Below, piece after piece: positions 1 to 9,572 of a stretch of 64,000 nucleotides of DNA. This stretch comes from an uncultured Thermoplasmata archaeon. Its GTDB lineage: Archaea > Thermoplasmatota > Thermoplasmata > RBG-16-68-12. A program made the position numbers and the translations under genes. A model generated the notes under the pieces. It was not told the DNA's origin, did no database searches, and was given only the letters and a program-made list of their open reading frames with translations. Within the stretch, counting starts at the first letter, position 1, and every line of letters begins with the position of its first letter. The DNA lies in contig CAVYJM010000010.1 in NCBI GenBank assembly GCA_963768855.1, positions 1 to 64,000 of the forward strand, read 5' to 3'.

Positions 1-2
1 GC

Positions 3-1034
3 ATGAGCTACGTGGACGACATGCGGAAGGAGCTCGAGCTCCTCGTCCGCAATCAGCGGGATCTCCCGATCCCACCGGAGGCCGTGCCGGAGTTCCACCT
101 CTTCCGCCCCGCGGACCCGCCGCGGGACATGGTCGCGGTCGACGGGTCGTACTCGTTCCTCCTGAACCTCTCGAGCTGGTGGCTTGCGATGATCTCCGTC
201 GGGCTGCTCCGGTACAACTTCGACGGCGCGAGGTTCAAGCGGCTCGACGTCCGCCTGATGCAGCGCATGCTCGGCCTCTCCACGTTCGAGGAGTTCGTCG
301 GGAAGCAGGACGACCTTCACCGCGCCCTCTTCGAGTTCACGCGCGGGTCTCACGAGAACCAGCCGCGGGACATGGTCAACGAGTACCGGCGGCTCATCGA
401 GGGCCAGCTCGCGATCAACTTCGCGGACGATTGCGAGGGCGCGATCGTTGCGATGGACGGCACGCTCTCCGAGTTCCCCAAGCAGTTCATGTTCATGAAG
501 CGGCTCGTCGAGGTGTGCGAGAAGCGCGAGCACGTCCTCGTCGGCATCTCGAAGGACAGCCAGCTCCATACCTTCGGGCAGGTCCTGACGGATGAGGACT
601 TCCTCGCCCGGTGCCAGTCCCAGGTCCCCCACGAGGCCACGGCCTTCGTGCGCGCGCCGAAGGAGTCCGAGGCGGCCCGGGAGGGCCTTCTGCATGGCGA
701 CATCTATTACGGCCGCCTGCATCCCCAGGGCCGGAAGTGGTTCCGGGTGGACGTGGGCACGTTCCGCGACGAGCCCGAGTACGTGTTCGGCCAGCTCGCG
801 CCGTACGCCCGGAGCCTCGTGTCCGTCGGGTATCCGTGGCCGCTCATCGAGGCGCACCGCATGGCCGTGACCGTGCGGCAGCTCAAGCCAATCTACCAGG
901 AGACCGTGATCCGCGCGGCGCTGCGGATGGGGATCGACGTGCGCACGGTCCTGGACGGCCTCACGGAGATCGAGGGCCGGAAGCACTCCGCGTTCCATGA
1001 GTACCTGGACAAGGTCGCGAGGGACCTGCGATGA
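3..1034 (+). CDS. nurA: NurA-family 5'-3' nuclease
   Basis: 343 aa; NurA-type acidic motifs 'VAVDGS' and 'AMDGTL', C-terminal 'GYPWPLIEAH'; stop overlaps the start of the downstream HerA gene (ATGA). Confidence 0.8.
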   Translation: MSYVDDMRKELELLVRNQRDLPIPPEAVPEFHLFRPADPPRDMVAVDGSYSFLLNLSSWWLAMISVGLLRYNFDGARFKRLDVRLMQRMLGLSTFEEFVGKQDDLHRALFEFTRGSHENQPRDMVNEYRRLIEGQLAINFADDCEGAIVAMDGTLSEFPKQFMFMKRLVEVCEKREHVLVGISKDSQLHTFGQVLTDEDFLARCQSQVPHEATAFVRAPKESEAAREGLLHGDIYYGRLHPQGRKWFRVDVGTFRDEPEYVFGQLAPYARSLVSVGYPWPLIEAHRMAVTVRQLKPIYQETVIRAALRMGIDVRTVLDGLTEIEGRKHSAFHEYLDKVARDLR

Positions 1035-2584
1035 AGATCGGGGAGATCGTCGCCGCGAGCGTGATCGACGGGCTCGTGGCGAAGCTGCAGCTCGGCAACC
1101 CGGAGGAGCTGCGGATCGCCTATCCAGTCATCGTGGAGGGGGCCCGGTACGACTTCTACTGCCTCGTGGAGGACGTGCTCAACGAGCCGAACGAGATCGC
1201 GGACCAGCTGGCCGGATCGACGATCAGCGACGTCATCGTCCCGCGGCCGGAGACCCACGAGGGCTACGGCGGCCCGATCTTCTATTCGAAGGCGAAGCTG
1301 CGGATGATCCAGATCATCGAGAGAGAAACGAAGATCCTCAGCGAGCCTCAGACGATCCCGCCGTACTTCTCGGAGTGCCGGCATGCGACGAAGCAGGACG
1401 TGGAACGGATCTACGAGCCCACGGACACGTCGGTCACCCTCGGGACGATCACCGGCATCGAACCGTTCTACGTGCAGGTGGACATGAAGAAGCTCGTGGA
1501 GAAGCCCTTCGCGATCTTCGGTCGCACGGGGACCGGGAAATCGATCCTGAACAAGCTCGTGTGCACCGGTATCCTTGCCAGGAACGCGGCGTCGGTCCTG
1601 ATCTTCGACATGCACAGCGAGTACGGCGTGTACAGCAAGACGGACGGCACAGAGGGGCTGAAGTACTACTTCCCGTCGAAGGTGGAAACCTTCTCCCTGG
1701 ACCCCAAGAACAAAGAAGCGAGGCCGTTCGTCCTCGACACGGCCGAGATCACGCCGAGCGACCTCATCATCGCGCTCCAGGACCTGAGCTCCTCCATGGC
1801 GGATCTGCTCTTCGAGATCAACAAGACCCGCGGGTCCCGGGACATCATCTCCGCGATCCGCGAGTCCTCCGTCGAGATGCTGGGCCAGGAGCGTGCCCAT
1901 GAGATGTCCCTCCAAGGGCTGAAGCGGCGGATCGGTCGCCTGGACCGGCTACCGTTCCTGAAAGAGATGAAGGAGGGGCAGAAGGACGCGTTCAATCACA
2001 TGATGGCGACGATCCGGGAGGGGAAGTCCGTCGTCCTCGACTTCGGGGACTTCGGGACGGACCAGATGGTCTATCTCTTCGTGGCGAACGTGCTTTCGCG
2101 CCGGCTGTTCGACCTGTATGTCGAGCAGAACGAGGACTACCCGCGCCTCGTCCTCTTCCTCGAGGAGGCGCACAAGTTCCTCGATCCGCGAATCGCCGAG
2201 TATTCGATCTTCAGCCGGCTCGCGCGGGAGACGCGGAAGTTCAACCTCATCCTCGCCCTGATCGACCAGCGTCCCTCGCGGATCGATGACGAGGTGCGGA
2301 GCCAGCTCGCGAACCGCCTCGTCATGTCCCTGAAGGAACCGTCCGACGTCGAGTCGGCCCTGGCGGGCGTCCCGGACAAGGGGATGTGGGTGAACATCGT
2401 CGCGAAGCTCCCGCTCCGCACGGTCGCGGTCCTCGGGGACGCAATCCGCATCCCCACGGTCATCGACGTGCTCGAGTACGAGGACCTCAAGGTGCGCAAA
2501 TACCTGCTGCCCCCGGAGGCCGTGGACGAGGACACGATGACCGAGATCGGGGACCGCGCGGACGACGTCCTAGGCCGCGGTTAG
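1031..2584 (+). CDS. herA: HerA/FtsK-family DNA helicase/translocase
   Basis: Walker A 'FGRTGTGKS', Walker B 'LFLEEAHKF', 'RETRKF...DQRPS..D..V.SQ' HerA signature; N-terminal HAS-barrel-like region; coupled to nurA. Confidence 0.85.
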   Translation: MKIGEIVAASVIDGLVAKLQLGNPEELRIAYPVIVEGARYDFYCLVEDVLNEPNEIADQLAGSTISDVIVPRPETHEGYGGPIFYSKAKLRMIQIIERETKILSEPQTIPPYFSECRHATKQDVERIYEPTDTSVTLGTITGIEPFYVQVDMKKLVEKPFAIFGRTGTGKSILNKLVCTGILARNAASVLIFDMHSEYGVYSKTDGTEGLKYYFPSKVETFSLDPKNKEARPFVLDTAEITPSDLIIALQDLSSSMADLLFEINKTRGSRDIISAIRESSVEMLGQERAHEMSLQGLKRRIGRLDRLPFLKEMKEGQKDAFNHMMATIREGKSVVLDFGDFGTDQMVYLFVANVLSRRLFDLYVEQNEDYPRLVLFLEEAHKFLDPRIAEYSIFSRLARETRKFNLILALIDQRPSRIDDEVRSQLANRLVMSLKEPSDVESALAGVPDKGMWVNIVAKLPLRTVAVLGDAIRIPTVIDVLEYEDLKVRKYLLPPEAVDEDTMTEIGDRADDVLGRG

Positions 2585-2663
2585 GACGACCCTCGGCCTG
2601 GCGTGGGAACGGCGGGGTTCGCCGCGCTACACTTTTATACCCCCGGCTGAATGAGATGGAATC

Positions 2664-3320
2664 ATGGCCTTGAGCATCCCAGGTCTCGCCCCTGAGGCGG
2701 GCCTCATCATCGGGGGCATCCTCGTGGTCACGGGCCTCCTCCTCGCCTTCTGGGGCCACGGAATCTGGGCCGCCGTGATGTCGATGATCGGCGCCCTGCT
2801 CGGTAGCGCGGTCGGCTACCTCGTCGGTGCGACGGTCAGCGGCAGCGACCTTGTGGGCCTGGTCCTCGCCATCGTCGGCGCGGTCATCGGCAGCATCCTG
2901 TTCTCGAAGCTCGTGAAGGTCGCCTTGGCGTTCCTCGTCGGAGTCCTGGCGGGCGCGCTCGTCTACACGCTGTTGAAGGGACAGGCGTACTTCAACGCGG
3001 GAACCCTCGACCCCGCCCTGATCGTCGCGCTCCTCGTCGTCGTCATCGTGTTCGGGATCAGCTACTACTTCATCGACGACCTGATTGGGATCATCACCGC
3101 TGCCATCGGCGGGCTCCTGCTCGCCGCCGGCCTGTACGTCCTGAACGTCGCGACCCTCCTGGCCGCCGTGGCGGGGATCGGCCTGTTCGTCCTCGGTGCG
3201 GTCGTGCAGACGCGGGCGATCAACCGCAAGCGCCAGATTCGGGAGCAGCAGAAGACGATGGCCCAGGCGCAGGCCACGCAGGCCTACGCACAGCCCCCAC
3301 CGCCACCTCCGCCTCCGTAG
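2664..3320 (+). CDS. Multi-pass membrane protein (DUF4203/TMEM198-like) with Gln/Pro-rich tail
   Basis: About 7 Gly-rich hydrophobic segments, 'LLLAFWG' start; TATA-like TTTTATA about 25 nt upstream. Confidence 0.55.
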   Translation: MALSIPGLAPEAGLIIGGILVVTGLLLAFWGHGIWAAVMSMIGALLGSAVGYLVGATVSGSDLVGLVLAIVGAVIGSILFSKLVKVALAFLVGVLAGALVYTLLKGQAYFNAGTLDPALIVALLVVVIVFGISYYFIDDLIGIITAAIGGLLLAAGLYVLNVATLLAAVAGIGLFVLGAVVQTRAINRKRQIREQQKTMAQAQATQAYAQPPPPPPPP

Positions 3321-3767
3321 ATGATCGTCCGCGTGGAGCGCGTGGTCCCGTTTCCGCGGGACGCCGTGTATGCGTGGTGGACGGATTTCCGGGAGGACGA
3401 CCACCTGGGGCGTTCCTCCCCCACGAGGAGCTCGCGGGAAATCCTCCGGCGGGAAGACAACGAGATTTGGCTGCGAGACCGCGCCCGGCGGCCCGCTCCC
3501 GTCACGATTGAGGAGCATGTCGTCCTCGACCCGCCGAACGGCTATGTCGTGACGGCTCGGTATCCCGGAGCGGATGCGCGGTACGGATACCAGTTCGAAG
3601 AGACCTCCGGGGGCACGAGGATCCTCCTGACCGTCGACGTCCGCCCTCGCCATGTCGGTCGAGTTCTGCTCCCTCTGTTCTCCGGGTGGGCGAGACGCTA
3701 CGCGGAGCGGGATACGGACGACCATCTGAGACAGATGTCCGAGGATTTGCGCGGTCCCCGATCGTGA
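3321..3767 (+). CDS. SRPBCC (START/polyketide cyclase-like) family protein
   Basis: 148 aa; 'VERVVPFPRDAVYAWWTDF' start and 'YQFEETSGGTRILLT' end are typical of SRPBCC folds. Confidence 0.65.
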   Translation: MIVRVERVVPFPRDAVYAWWTDFREDDHLGRSSPTRSSREILRREDNEIWLRDRARRPAPVTIEEHVVLDPPNGYVVTARYPGADARYGYQFEETSGGTRILLTVDVRPRHVGRVLLPLFSGWARRYAERDTDDHLRQMSEDLRGPRS

Positions 3768-3843
3768 GCGTACTTTCGGGCACCTCCCTTCGGCGCTCTC
3801 CTTTATAGCGACGCGTCCATCGACGGAGGAACGGGGAGGAACC

Positions 3844-4638
3844 ATGGTCCTCATCACGGAGACGCTCGCCGCCCCCGAGACTCGCCTCGAGACGCGCAAG
3901 GCCCTCACGACCTCCGTGCCGACCCTGGACCGCCTCCTCGGCTCCTTCGAGGCGGGGAAGGTCACGCTCCTCGACAGCGGGAGCGATTTCGTCTTCCACC
4001 TCACGACCCTCCTGTGCGTGCGCGCGGTCATGGAGGGCGGGAGCGTCGTCTTCGTGGACGGCGGGAACTCCGTCGACCCGCACGGCATGGTCGCCCTGGG
4101 GAAACGGGCCGGCCTGACGCGGGACGAGATCCTCCCGCGGGTCCACGTCGCGCGGGCGTTCACCTGCCACCAGATGACCACATTACTATTGGACATGCTG
4201 GATAAAAAGCTCGAGGAGACTCACGCCGAACTCGCGGTCCTCGCCTGCCTCCCGGAGATGTACCTGGACGAGGACGTCGACGTCGGCGAGGCCCACGCGC
4301 TCTTCCAGAAGTCCGTGCGGGCGATCCGCCAGACGGTCACGAACCGCGACGTCGTCGGCCTCGTGACGAACGCGGGATTGTCGAAGCTCTACCGACGCCG
4401 CTCGATCCGGCGACAGCTCTACGAGTCCGTGGACCGCGTGGTCCGCATTGCCCACGGAAGGAGCGGCGTGCTCATCACCCGCTCCGATGCGGACGCGGCG
4501 GAATGGTACCGCCCCGTGCCCCCGGACCAGCGCACCCTGGACGACTTCGAGGACGCGCGGCCGAGGATCGTCGACCTCGCGGCGGTCGGCGTGCCGAGGC
4601 CCATCCGGAACGCGGAGCACATGCGGTTCTCCTGGTGA
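3844..4638 (+). CDS. RecA/RadA-superfamily protein lacking a Walker A motif (probably inactive ATPase)
   Basis: 'TTSVPTLDRLLG', 'VFVDGGNS.DP', 'VHVARAFTCHQ' are RadA/Rad51-like, but the P-loop position reads 'DSGSDF'; GGAGGA RBS upstream. Confidence 0.75.
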   Translation: MVLITETLAAPETRLETRKALTTSVPTLDRLLGSFEAGKVTLLDSGSDFVFHLTTLLCVRAVMEGGSVVFVDGGNSVDPHGMVALGKRAGLTRDEILPRVHVARAFTCHQMTTLLLDMLDKKLEETHAELAVLACLPEMYLDEDVDVGEAHALFQKSVRAIRQTVTNRDVVGLVTNAGLSKLYRRRSIRRQLYESVDRVVRIAHGRSGVLITRSDADAAEWYRPVPPDQRTLDDFEDARPRIVDLAAVGVPRPIRNAEHMRFSW

Positions 4639-4645
4639 GACGCCG

Positions 4646-5257
4646 CTAGGGGAATCCCGTGAAGGCCGTCCAGGCGAGGTAGACGGCGAAGACGACCAGG
4701 ACGGCAATCGAGAAGACGAGGACGAGGTGGTACGTCCTCGCATACCGCTTCTGGGCCGCCTGCAGCAGGAAAGGGAAGGCGAGGATCCAGAGGAGGATCC
4801 CCACGACGAAGCCGACGAGGACGGAAGGGCCGAGCTCGTCGATGAGCGCAATCCCGGCCGTGAGCCACCAGAGGATCGGGTAGGGGCTCGTGAGGTTCGC
4901 CGCGACCCCGGTGGCAAACGAGGTCGCGCGGACGACGGACGCGGAGGTCGCCACGACGGGTTCCGCCTTCCAGGCTTTCGCCGCGCCCCAGGCGAAGTAC
5001 GCCATGACGCCCGCGCCCACGAGGGCGATCGCCGGGAAGATCGGTCGCATCCCCAGGAGGAGGGAGTGGGCGAGCACGGAGAGAGCGAGCCAGAGCATGT
5101 CGATCGTGAGCGCGCCGAGGCCGATCAGGAACCCCGAGCGCCACGAGCGCGTGACGGCGTGGCTCGCCATGAGCGCGTTCACCGGGCCGGGAGGAGCGGT
5201 GAGCGAGAGGGCCAGCAGGATCCCGATGCCCGCGCTCACGAAGACCTCGAGGACCAC
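4646..5257 (-). CDS. LysE/RhtB-family transporter
   Basis: 'GILLALSLTAPPGPVN', 'GFLIGLGALTID', 'NLTSPY.ILWW' motifs; start codon chosen approximately. Confidence 0.75.
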   Translation of the reverse strand: MVLEVFVSAGIGILLALSLTAPPGPVNALMASHAVTRSWRSGFLIGLGALTIDMLWLALSVLAHSLLLGMRPIFPAIALVGAGVMAYFAWGAAKAWKAEPVVATSASVVRATSFATGVAANLTSPYPILWWLTAGIALIDELGPSVLVGFVVGILLWILAFPFLLQAAQKRYARTYHLVLVFSIAVLVVFAVYLAWTAFTGFP

Positions 5258-5330
5258 GCGACGCGAACGCGAGCGCGGCACATGAAGCATCCCGCGAACC
5301 CTTATACCGCCCGCAGCCATCGGCCGCCTC

Positions 5331-6065
5331 GTGCGCATCGGCGCGTCGACGTACAGCCGCGAGCCGTTCCCCAAGCAGATCGAGGAGGCCCGCGAGGCCG
5401 GGTACGACTACGTCGAGCTCGACCTGACCTGGGTGAACTGGGAGCCTGCGAAGCTCCGGGAGGAGGCCGAAGGCTTCGCGAAGAAGATCCCGCTCGAGAC
5501 GGCCCACTTCCCGCCCTCCCATTTCCATGACCGGGACCTCGCGCGGTTCGCGGGCTTCATCGACGCCCTCGCGCCGGTCGGCACGCGGGTGTTCAACGTC
5601 CACTTCCTCCAGGCGCGCTCCGCGCCGACCGTCTCGACGGAGGCGAAGATCTCATGGCTCGCCGACCTCGCGAAGGCCGCAACAAGTCGTGGCGTTGTGG
5701 TCACCGTGGAGAACCTCGACGAGACCCCGCAGGAATTGCGAAAGGTGCTCGACGCGGTGCCGGACCTGCAGTACTGCCTCGACATCGGGCACGCCCACCT
5801 CGACAAGCGCGAGGACGGCGGGCGGACGTACCTGGAGGCGCTTGGAGATCGCCTCGGGCTCGTCCACATGCACGACAACCATGGAGGCCACGGCAAGGAA
5901 GGGGACGAGCACCTGCCCTTCGGCCAGGGAACGATCGACCTGGAGCGGGACGTCCGCGCGCTCAAGGCGCGCTACGAGGACCGCGTGACCTTGGAGATTT
6001 TCAAGGGAATCCCGGATGACCGCAAGGCGTGCCTCCGCAAGATGCGTCGGTGGGCGCGGCCGTAG
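5331..6065 (+). CDS. Sugar-phosphate isomerase/epimerase (xylose-isomerase-like TIM barrel)
   Basis: 'VTVEN', 'CLDIGHAH', 'HMHDN.G..DEHLPFGQGTID', 'TLE' metal-binding motifs. Confidence 0.8.
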   Translation: MRIGASTYSREPFPKQIEEAREAGYDYVELDLTWVNWEPAKLREEAEGFAKKIPLETAHFPPSHFHDRDLARFAGFIDALAPVGTRVFNVHFLQARSAPTVSTEAKISWLADLAKAATSRGVVVTVENLDETPQELRKVLDAVPDLQYCLDIGHAHLDKREDGGRTYLEALGDRLGLVHMHDNHGGHGKEGDEHLPFGQGTIDLERDVRALKARYEDRVTLEIFKGIPDDRKACLRKMRRWARP

Positions 6066-6079
6066 ACGATGCGGCTGGG

Positions 6080-6105
6080 AAGTCAACCTTGTTTAAGGTT
6101 GACTT
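6080..6105. promoter_or_regulatory. Palindrome copy 1: AAGTCAACCTT-GTTT-AAGGTTGACTT
   Basis: Perfect 11-bp inverted repeat with a 4-bp spacer, intergenic, upstream of the small-ORF/GNAT/polB2 unit; three more copies in the window. Confidence 0.8.
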
Positions 6106-6172
6106 TTCCGGGACACTTTCGGGGACCTCTCCCGGGCATCCGATGATAGCGGACACAGACCATAGCGAGCGC

Positions 6173-6469
6173 ATGGGCCGCACGATCCCGACGTACCGCC
6201 TCCACCTCGAGTCGATCCTGAACGACTGGATGGACTACCGCCGCGCGCTTCGGGAGAGGGACCGGGAGGTCTTCGACCGTCTCCTGAACAAGGCGAGGCA
6301 GCACGCGAGCGCCGCGAGCTACTCCGCCCACCTGGACCCCACGGACCTCGCGTTCCTGTCCATCCTCCTCGAGATGGAGAAGGAGCTGGAGACCCTGCGG
6401 ACCCGACGCGAACGTTCTTCCGGCCCGGAGGAATCCGCGGCCCGTGAACCTCCGCGAGGCACGGCCTGA
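6173..6469 (+). CDS. Small helical protein of the type encoded next to archaeal PolB2 (arCOG07300-like)
   Basis: 'MGRTIPTYR...W.DYRRALR..DREVFDRLL.KARQHASA...SILLE.EK' resembles, from recall, the PolB2-associated small protein; lies just upstream of polB2. Confidence 0.7.
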   Translation: MGRTIPTYRLHLESILNDWMDYRRALRERDREVFDRLLNKARQHASAASYSAHLDPTDLAFLSILLEMEKELETLRTRRERSSGPEESAAREPPRGTA

Positions 6470-6959
6470 GGACCGTCCGGCGATCGAGCGGATCTCGCGG
6501 GCCTCCTTCGACCGCGTGTACGCGTTCTTCTCGATCCACGGGAGCCGCCAGGGCTGGCCCCAGCTCATCGCCGAGGAGGATGGCGGGGTAGTCGGGTTCC
6601 TCGAAGGGCGCCTCTTCGACGGACGGCCGCCGATCGGCTACGTGTACTTCGTCGCGGTGGACTCGGAGCACCGGAGGCACCACGCGGGACGGTTGCTCGT
6701 GGAGGAGTCCCTGCGGAGATTCGAGTCCCGCGGAGCCACGCGGGTCTTCGCCGCGGTCCCCGATGGCAACGAAGCGTCCATGGGACTTTTCAAGGTCCTC
6801 AGATTCCAGGAAGTCCCGCGGGGCGCAATGTGGCAGTGGTACCGGTGGCGCAGCCTCGCGGTCCAGATGAACATGATGATCGCGCCGCACGAGATCCTGC
6901 TCGCGCGCACTTTCACGGACCCCTCCCCGGCATCGGACCAAGAGCCCCCTCGACCCTGA
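6444..6959 (+). CDS. GNAT-family N-acetyltransferase
   Basis: 'YVYFVAVDSEHRRHHAGRLL' motif A, 'NEASMGLFKVLRF' motif B. Confidence 0.8.
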   Translation: MNLREARPEDRPAIERISRASFDRVYAFFSIHGSRQGWPQLIAEEDGGVVGFLEGRLFDGRPPIGYVYFVAVDSEHRRHHAGRLLVEESLRRFESRGATRVFAAVPDGNEASMGLFKVLRFQEVPRGAMWQWYRWRSLAVQMNMMIAPHEILLARTFTDPSPASDQEPPRP

Positions 6960-6981
6960 AGGAGGGCCCCGGGGGAGTTTC

Positions 6982-9328
6982 ACGCACGGATGGATCATCG
7001 ACGCGTACGCGGACTACGACAAGGACGCGGTGGTCCTCCGGCTCTGGAACGAGCAGGGCGCGCACCGCATCGAGGACCCGCGACTCGTGCCGTCGTTCTT
7101 CCTCCACGCATCGCCGGGCGACCTGCCTTCCCTCCGCCGCCGCATCGAGATCCTTGACGGCGTGCGCGAGATCCGCGAGGTCTCGCGCCGCATCGCCCTC
7201 GAGGACGACGAACCGCGTCCCGTCCTCGAGATCGTGCCGCGGCACTACCGCGACCTGCGAAAACTCTCCCATATCCTCGACTCGAACGGCGGCTATGTGG
7301 ACCACCGTCTCTTCGATGTCGACCTGCGGTTCAGCCAGCGCTACGCAATCGAGCACGATATCTTCCCCATGGGCCTCGTGCGCTACGCGAACGGCACATG
7401 GCGGGCGGAGGAGGAACACTTCGCCCTCGACTATCCGCTGCCGCCTTTGAGGCGGTCTCTCCTCGACCTCCATGTGGACAACCCGGCAGGCATGCCGCGG
7501 ATGCAGGATCGGCTCCTCGGAGCTCGTATGGACGACGTTGAGATCGACGGGAGCGAGGAGGCGATCCTCCGAGGCATCGACGAGACGGTCCGCTCGAAGG
7601 ACCCGGACATCCTGATGACGGATGGTGGAGACGCCTTCGTCATGCCGTACCTCGCGCGGAAGGCCGCGGAACTCGGCGTGAATTTGCAGCTCGGCCGTGA
7701 TGCGGACAAATTCGCGGAGAAGAAAGCGAAGTCCTACTTCACGTACGGGAAGATCGTCTACAAACCCGGGCAATACATCCTGCGCGGACGGCTGCACCTG
7801 GACCGCGGGCACTTCGCGTTCCGGGAGAGTGACTTCGCGGGGCTCGCGGAGCTGTCCCGCCTGTCGACCCTGACACCCCAGGAGCAGGCGCGGCTCACGC
7901 CGGGCACGGCGATCACCGCGATGCAGGTGAACCAGGCACACAAGGACGGTTGCCTCGCGGCCTGGAAGAAGAACCGTCCGGAGGAGTTCAAGAGCGCGGA
8001 GTATCTGCTGCGGGGGGACCGCGGCGGATTCATCTTCGAGCCCGAGGTCGGATTGCACGAGGGACTCTACGAGCTCGATTTCTTCGCGCTGTATCCGAAC
8101 ATCATGGTGAAGTTCAACATCAGCCCAGAGACGCTCGATTGTCCTTGCTGCTCCTCGGACGGGCGTGGCGTTCCCGAGTTGAATTATCATCTTTGCACGC
8201 GACGCGCAGGATTGATTCCTCGTGTCTTGAGGCCCGTGGTCGAGCGGCGGCGTTACTACAAGAAGATGAAGAAGGAGCCGGGCCCGCTACAGGAGGTGTA
8301 TGCGGGCAGGGACACGATCCTGAAGTGGCTCCTAGTGACGTGCTTTCGGTTACACTGGCTACAAAAATGCCCGCTTCGGCCGCATCGAATGCCACGAGGC
8401 CATCAACGCGTACGCGCGCGACGTTCTCGTCCACTCCATGGAAATCGCGGAGTCACACCGCTACGAGGTGGTCCACGGCATCGTCGACTCGCTGTGGCTC
8501 CGCCCCAAACCTGATGCAGACGACATCCGCAAGGTCCAGGACCATATCGCCGGTGCAACAGGTCTCCCCATCGAACTCGAGGGCCGCTACAAGTGGATCG
8601 TCTTCCTCCCCTGCAAAACGACCGGCGTCGGCGCGCTGAACCGCTACTACGGCCTCTACGACCACGATGAGTTCAAGCTCCGCGGCATCGAGCTGCGGAA
8701 ACACGACACGCCGGAGTTCATCAACATCGCCCAAGAGGCGATGCTCGGAGAGCTGAGCCTCGCCTCGAACGCGGCGGAGTTCCACGAGCGCATCCCCCGC
8801 GCCGTGAACGTGCTGCGCTGGACCGCGAAGCGCGTCCTCGACCGCGCGATCCCCGTGCACCAGTTCGTCCTCACGAAGAACGTCTCCCGCACCCTGCCCG
8901 AGTACGTCGTCCTCACGGCGACCGCGGCGGCCCTCAAGCAGATGGAGAAACGCGGCTTCACGGTCGAGCCCGGAGAGACCGTGCGCTACGTCCTCCTCGA
9001 CGTCCGAGCGCGCGAGTCAGAGCGGAAGGTGCGCGTCGCGGAGTTCCTCGATGGAGACGAGAGGCCGGATGCGTGGGAGTACATCCGCCTCCTGTGCCGC
9101 TCGGGGCAGACGCTCCTCGCGCCCTTCGGCATCACGGAGGAGGACCTCTTCGCGAGCTGCAAGGACCTCTCCGACGTCGCGTCGCCGGGGAGTCCGCAGG
9201 AGATCGAGATCAAGGACCCGGGACGCGGGTACGGGCACAGCCGCGCGCGGGGGGGCGTGGGCTACACGCACACGTGGCGCATCGAGGAGGACGAGGCGGA
9301 GCCCGGCGAGATCCCCGAAGAGGGATGA
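6982..9328 (+). CDS. polB2: Family B DNA polymerase, PolB2 (Dpo2-like) group; frameshifted as sequenced (ORFs 7030-8514 and 8438-9328)
   Basis: Motif A 'ELDFFALYPNIM', motif B 'ILKWLLVTCF/GYTGYKNARFG', motif C 'HGIVDS' (PolB2-type), 'RGIELRKHD'; one extra T at 8344-8346 splits the frame; N-terminus 'HGWIIDAY' starts at ACG 6982 behind GGGGGAG. Confidence 0.85.
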
Positions 9329-9346
9329 TGCGCCGGCCCGGCGCGC

Positions 9347-9571
9347 TCACTCGAGTTCCAGCGGCTCTTCCTGGAGTCCGTCCGTCGCGGCCACGAGCTT
9401 CGTCACGCGCTGCTCCGCCTGGGCCAGCATGCCGTGGCACCGGCGGTACAGGGCGAGACCTTCCTCGAAGGTCGCCAGGGCTCGGTCCAGCGGCACGTCG
9501 CCGCGGGAGAGCTCCTCGACCTTCGCCTCGAGCGCCGCGAGGGCGTCCTCGAACGACGGTTCGTCGGTCAT
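9347..9571 (-). CDS. xseB: Exodeoxyribonuclease VII small subunit
   Basis: 'SFEDALAALEAKVEEL..GDVPLDRAL..FEEG..L...C...L..AEQRV'. Confidence 0.9.
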   Translation of the reverse strand: MTDEPSFEDALAALEAKVEELSRGDVPLDRALATFEEGLALYRRCHGMLAQAEQRVTKLVAATDGLQEEPLELE

Positions 9572-9572
9572 G

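Noticed and set aside
3-2584. nurA-herA as an antiviral defence system
   Set aside because: No Sir2, DUF4297-like or other defence partner visible; upstream context lies outside the window, so it cannot be separated from the repair role.
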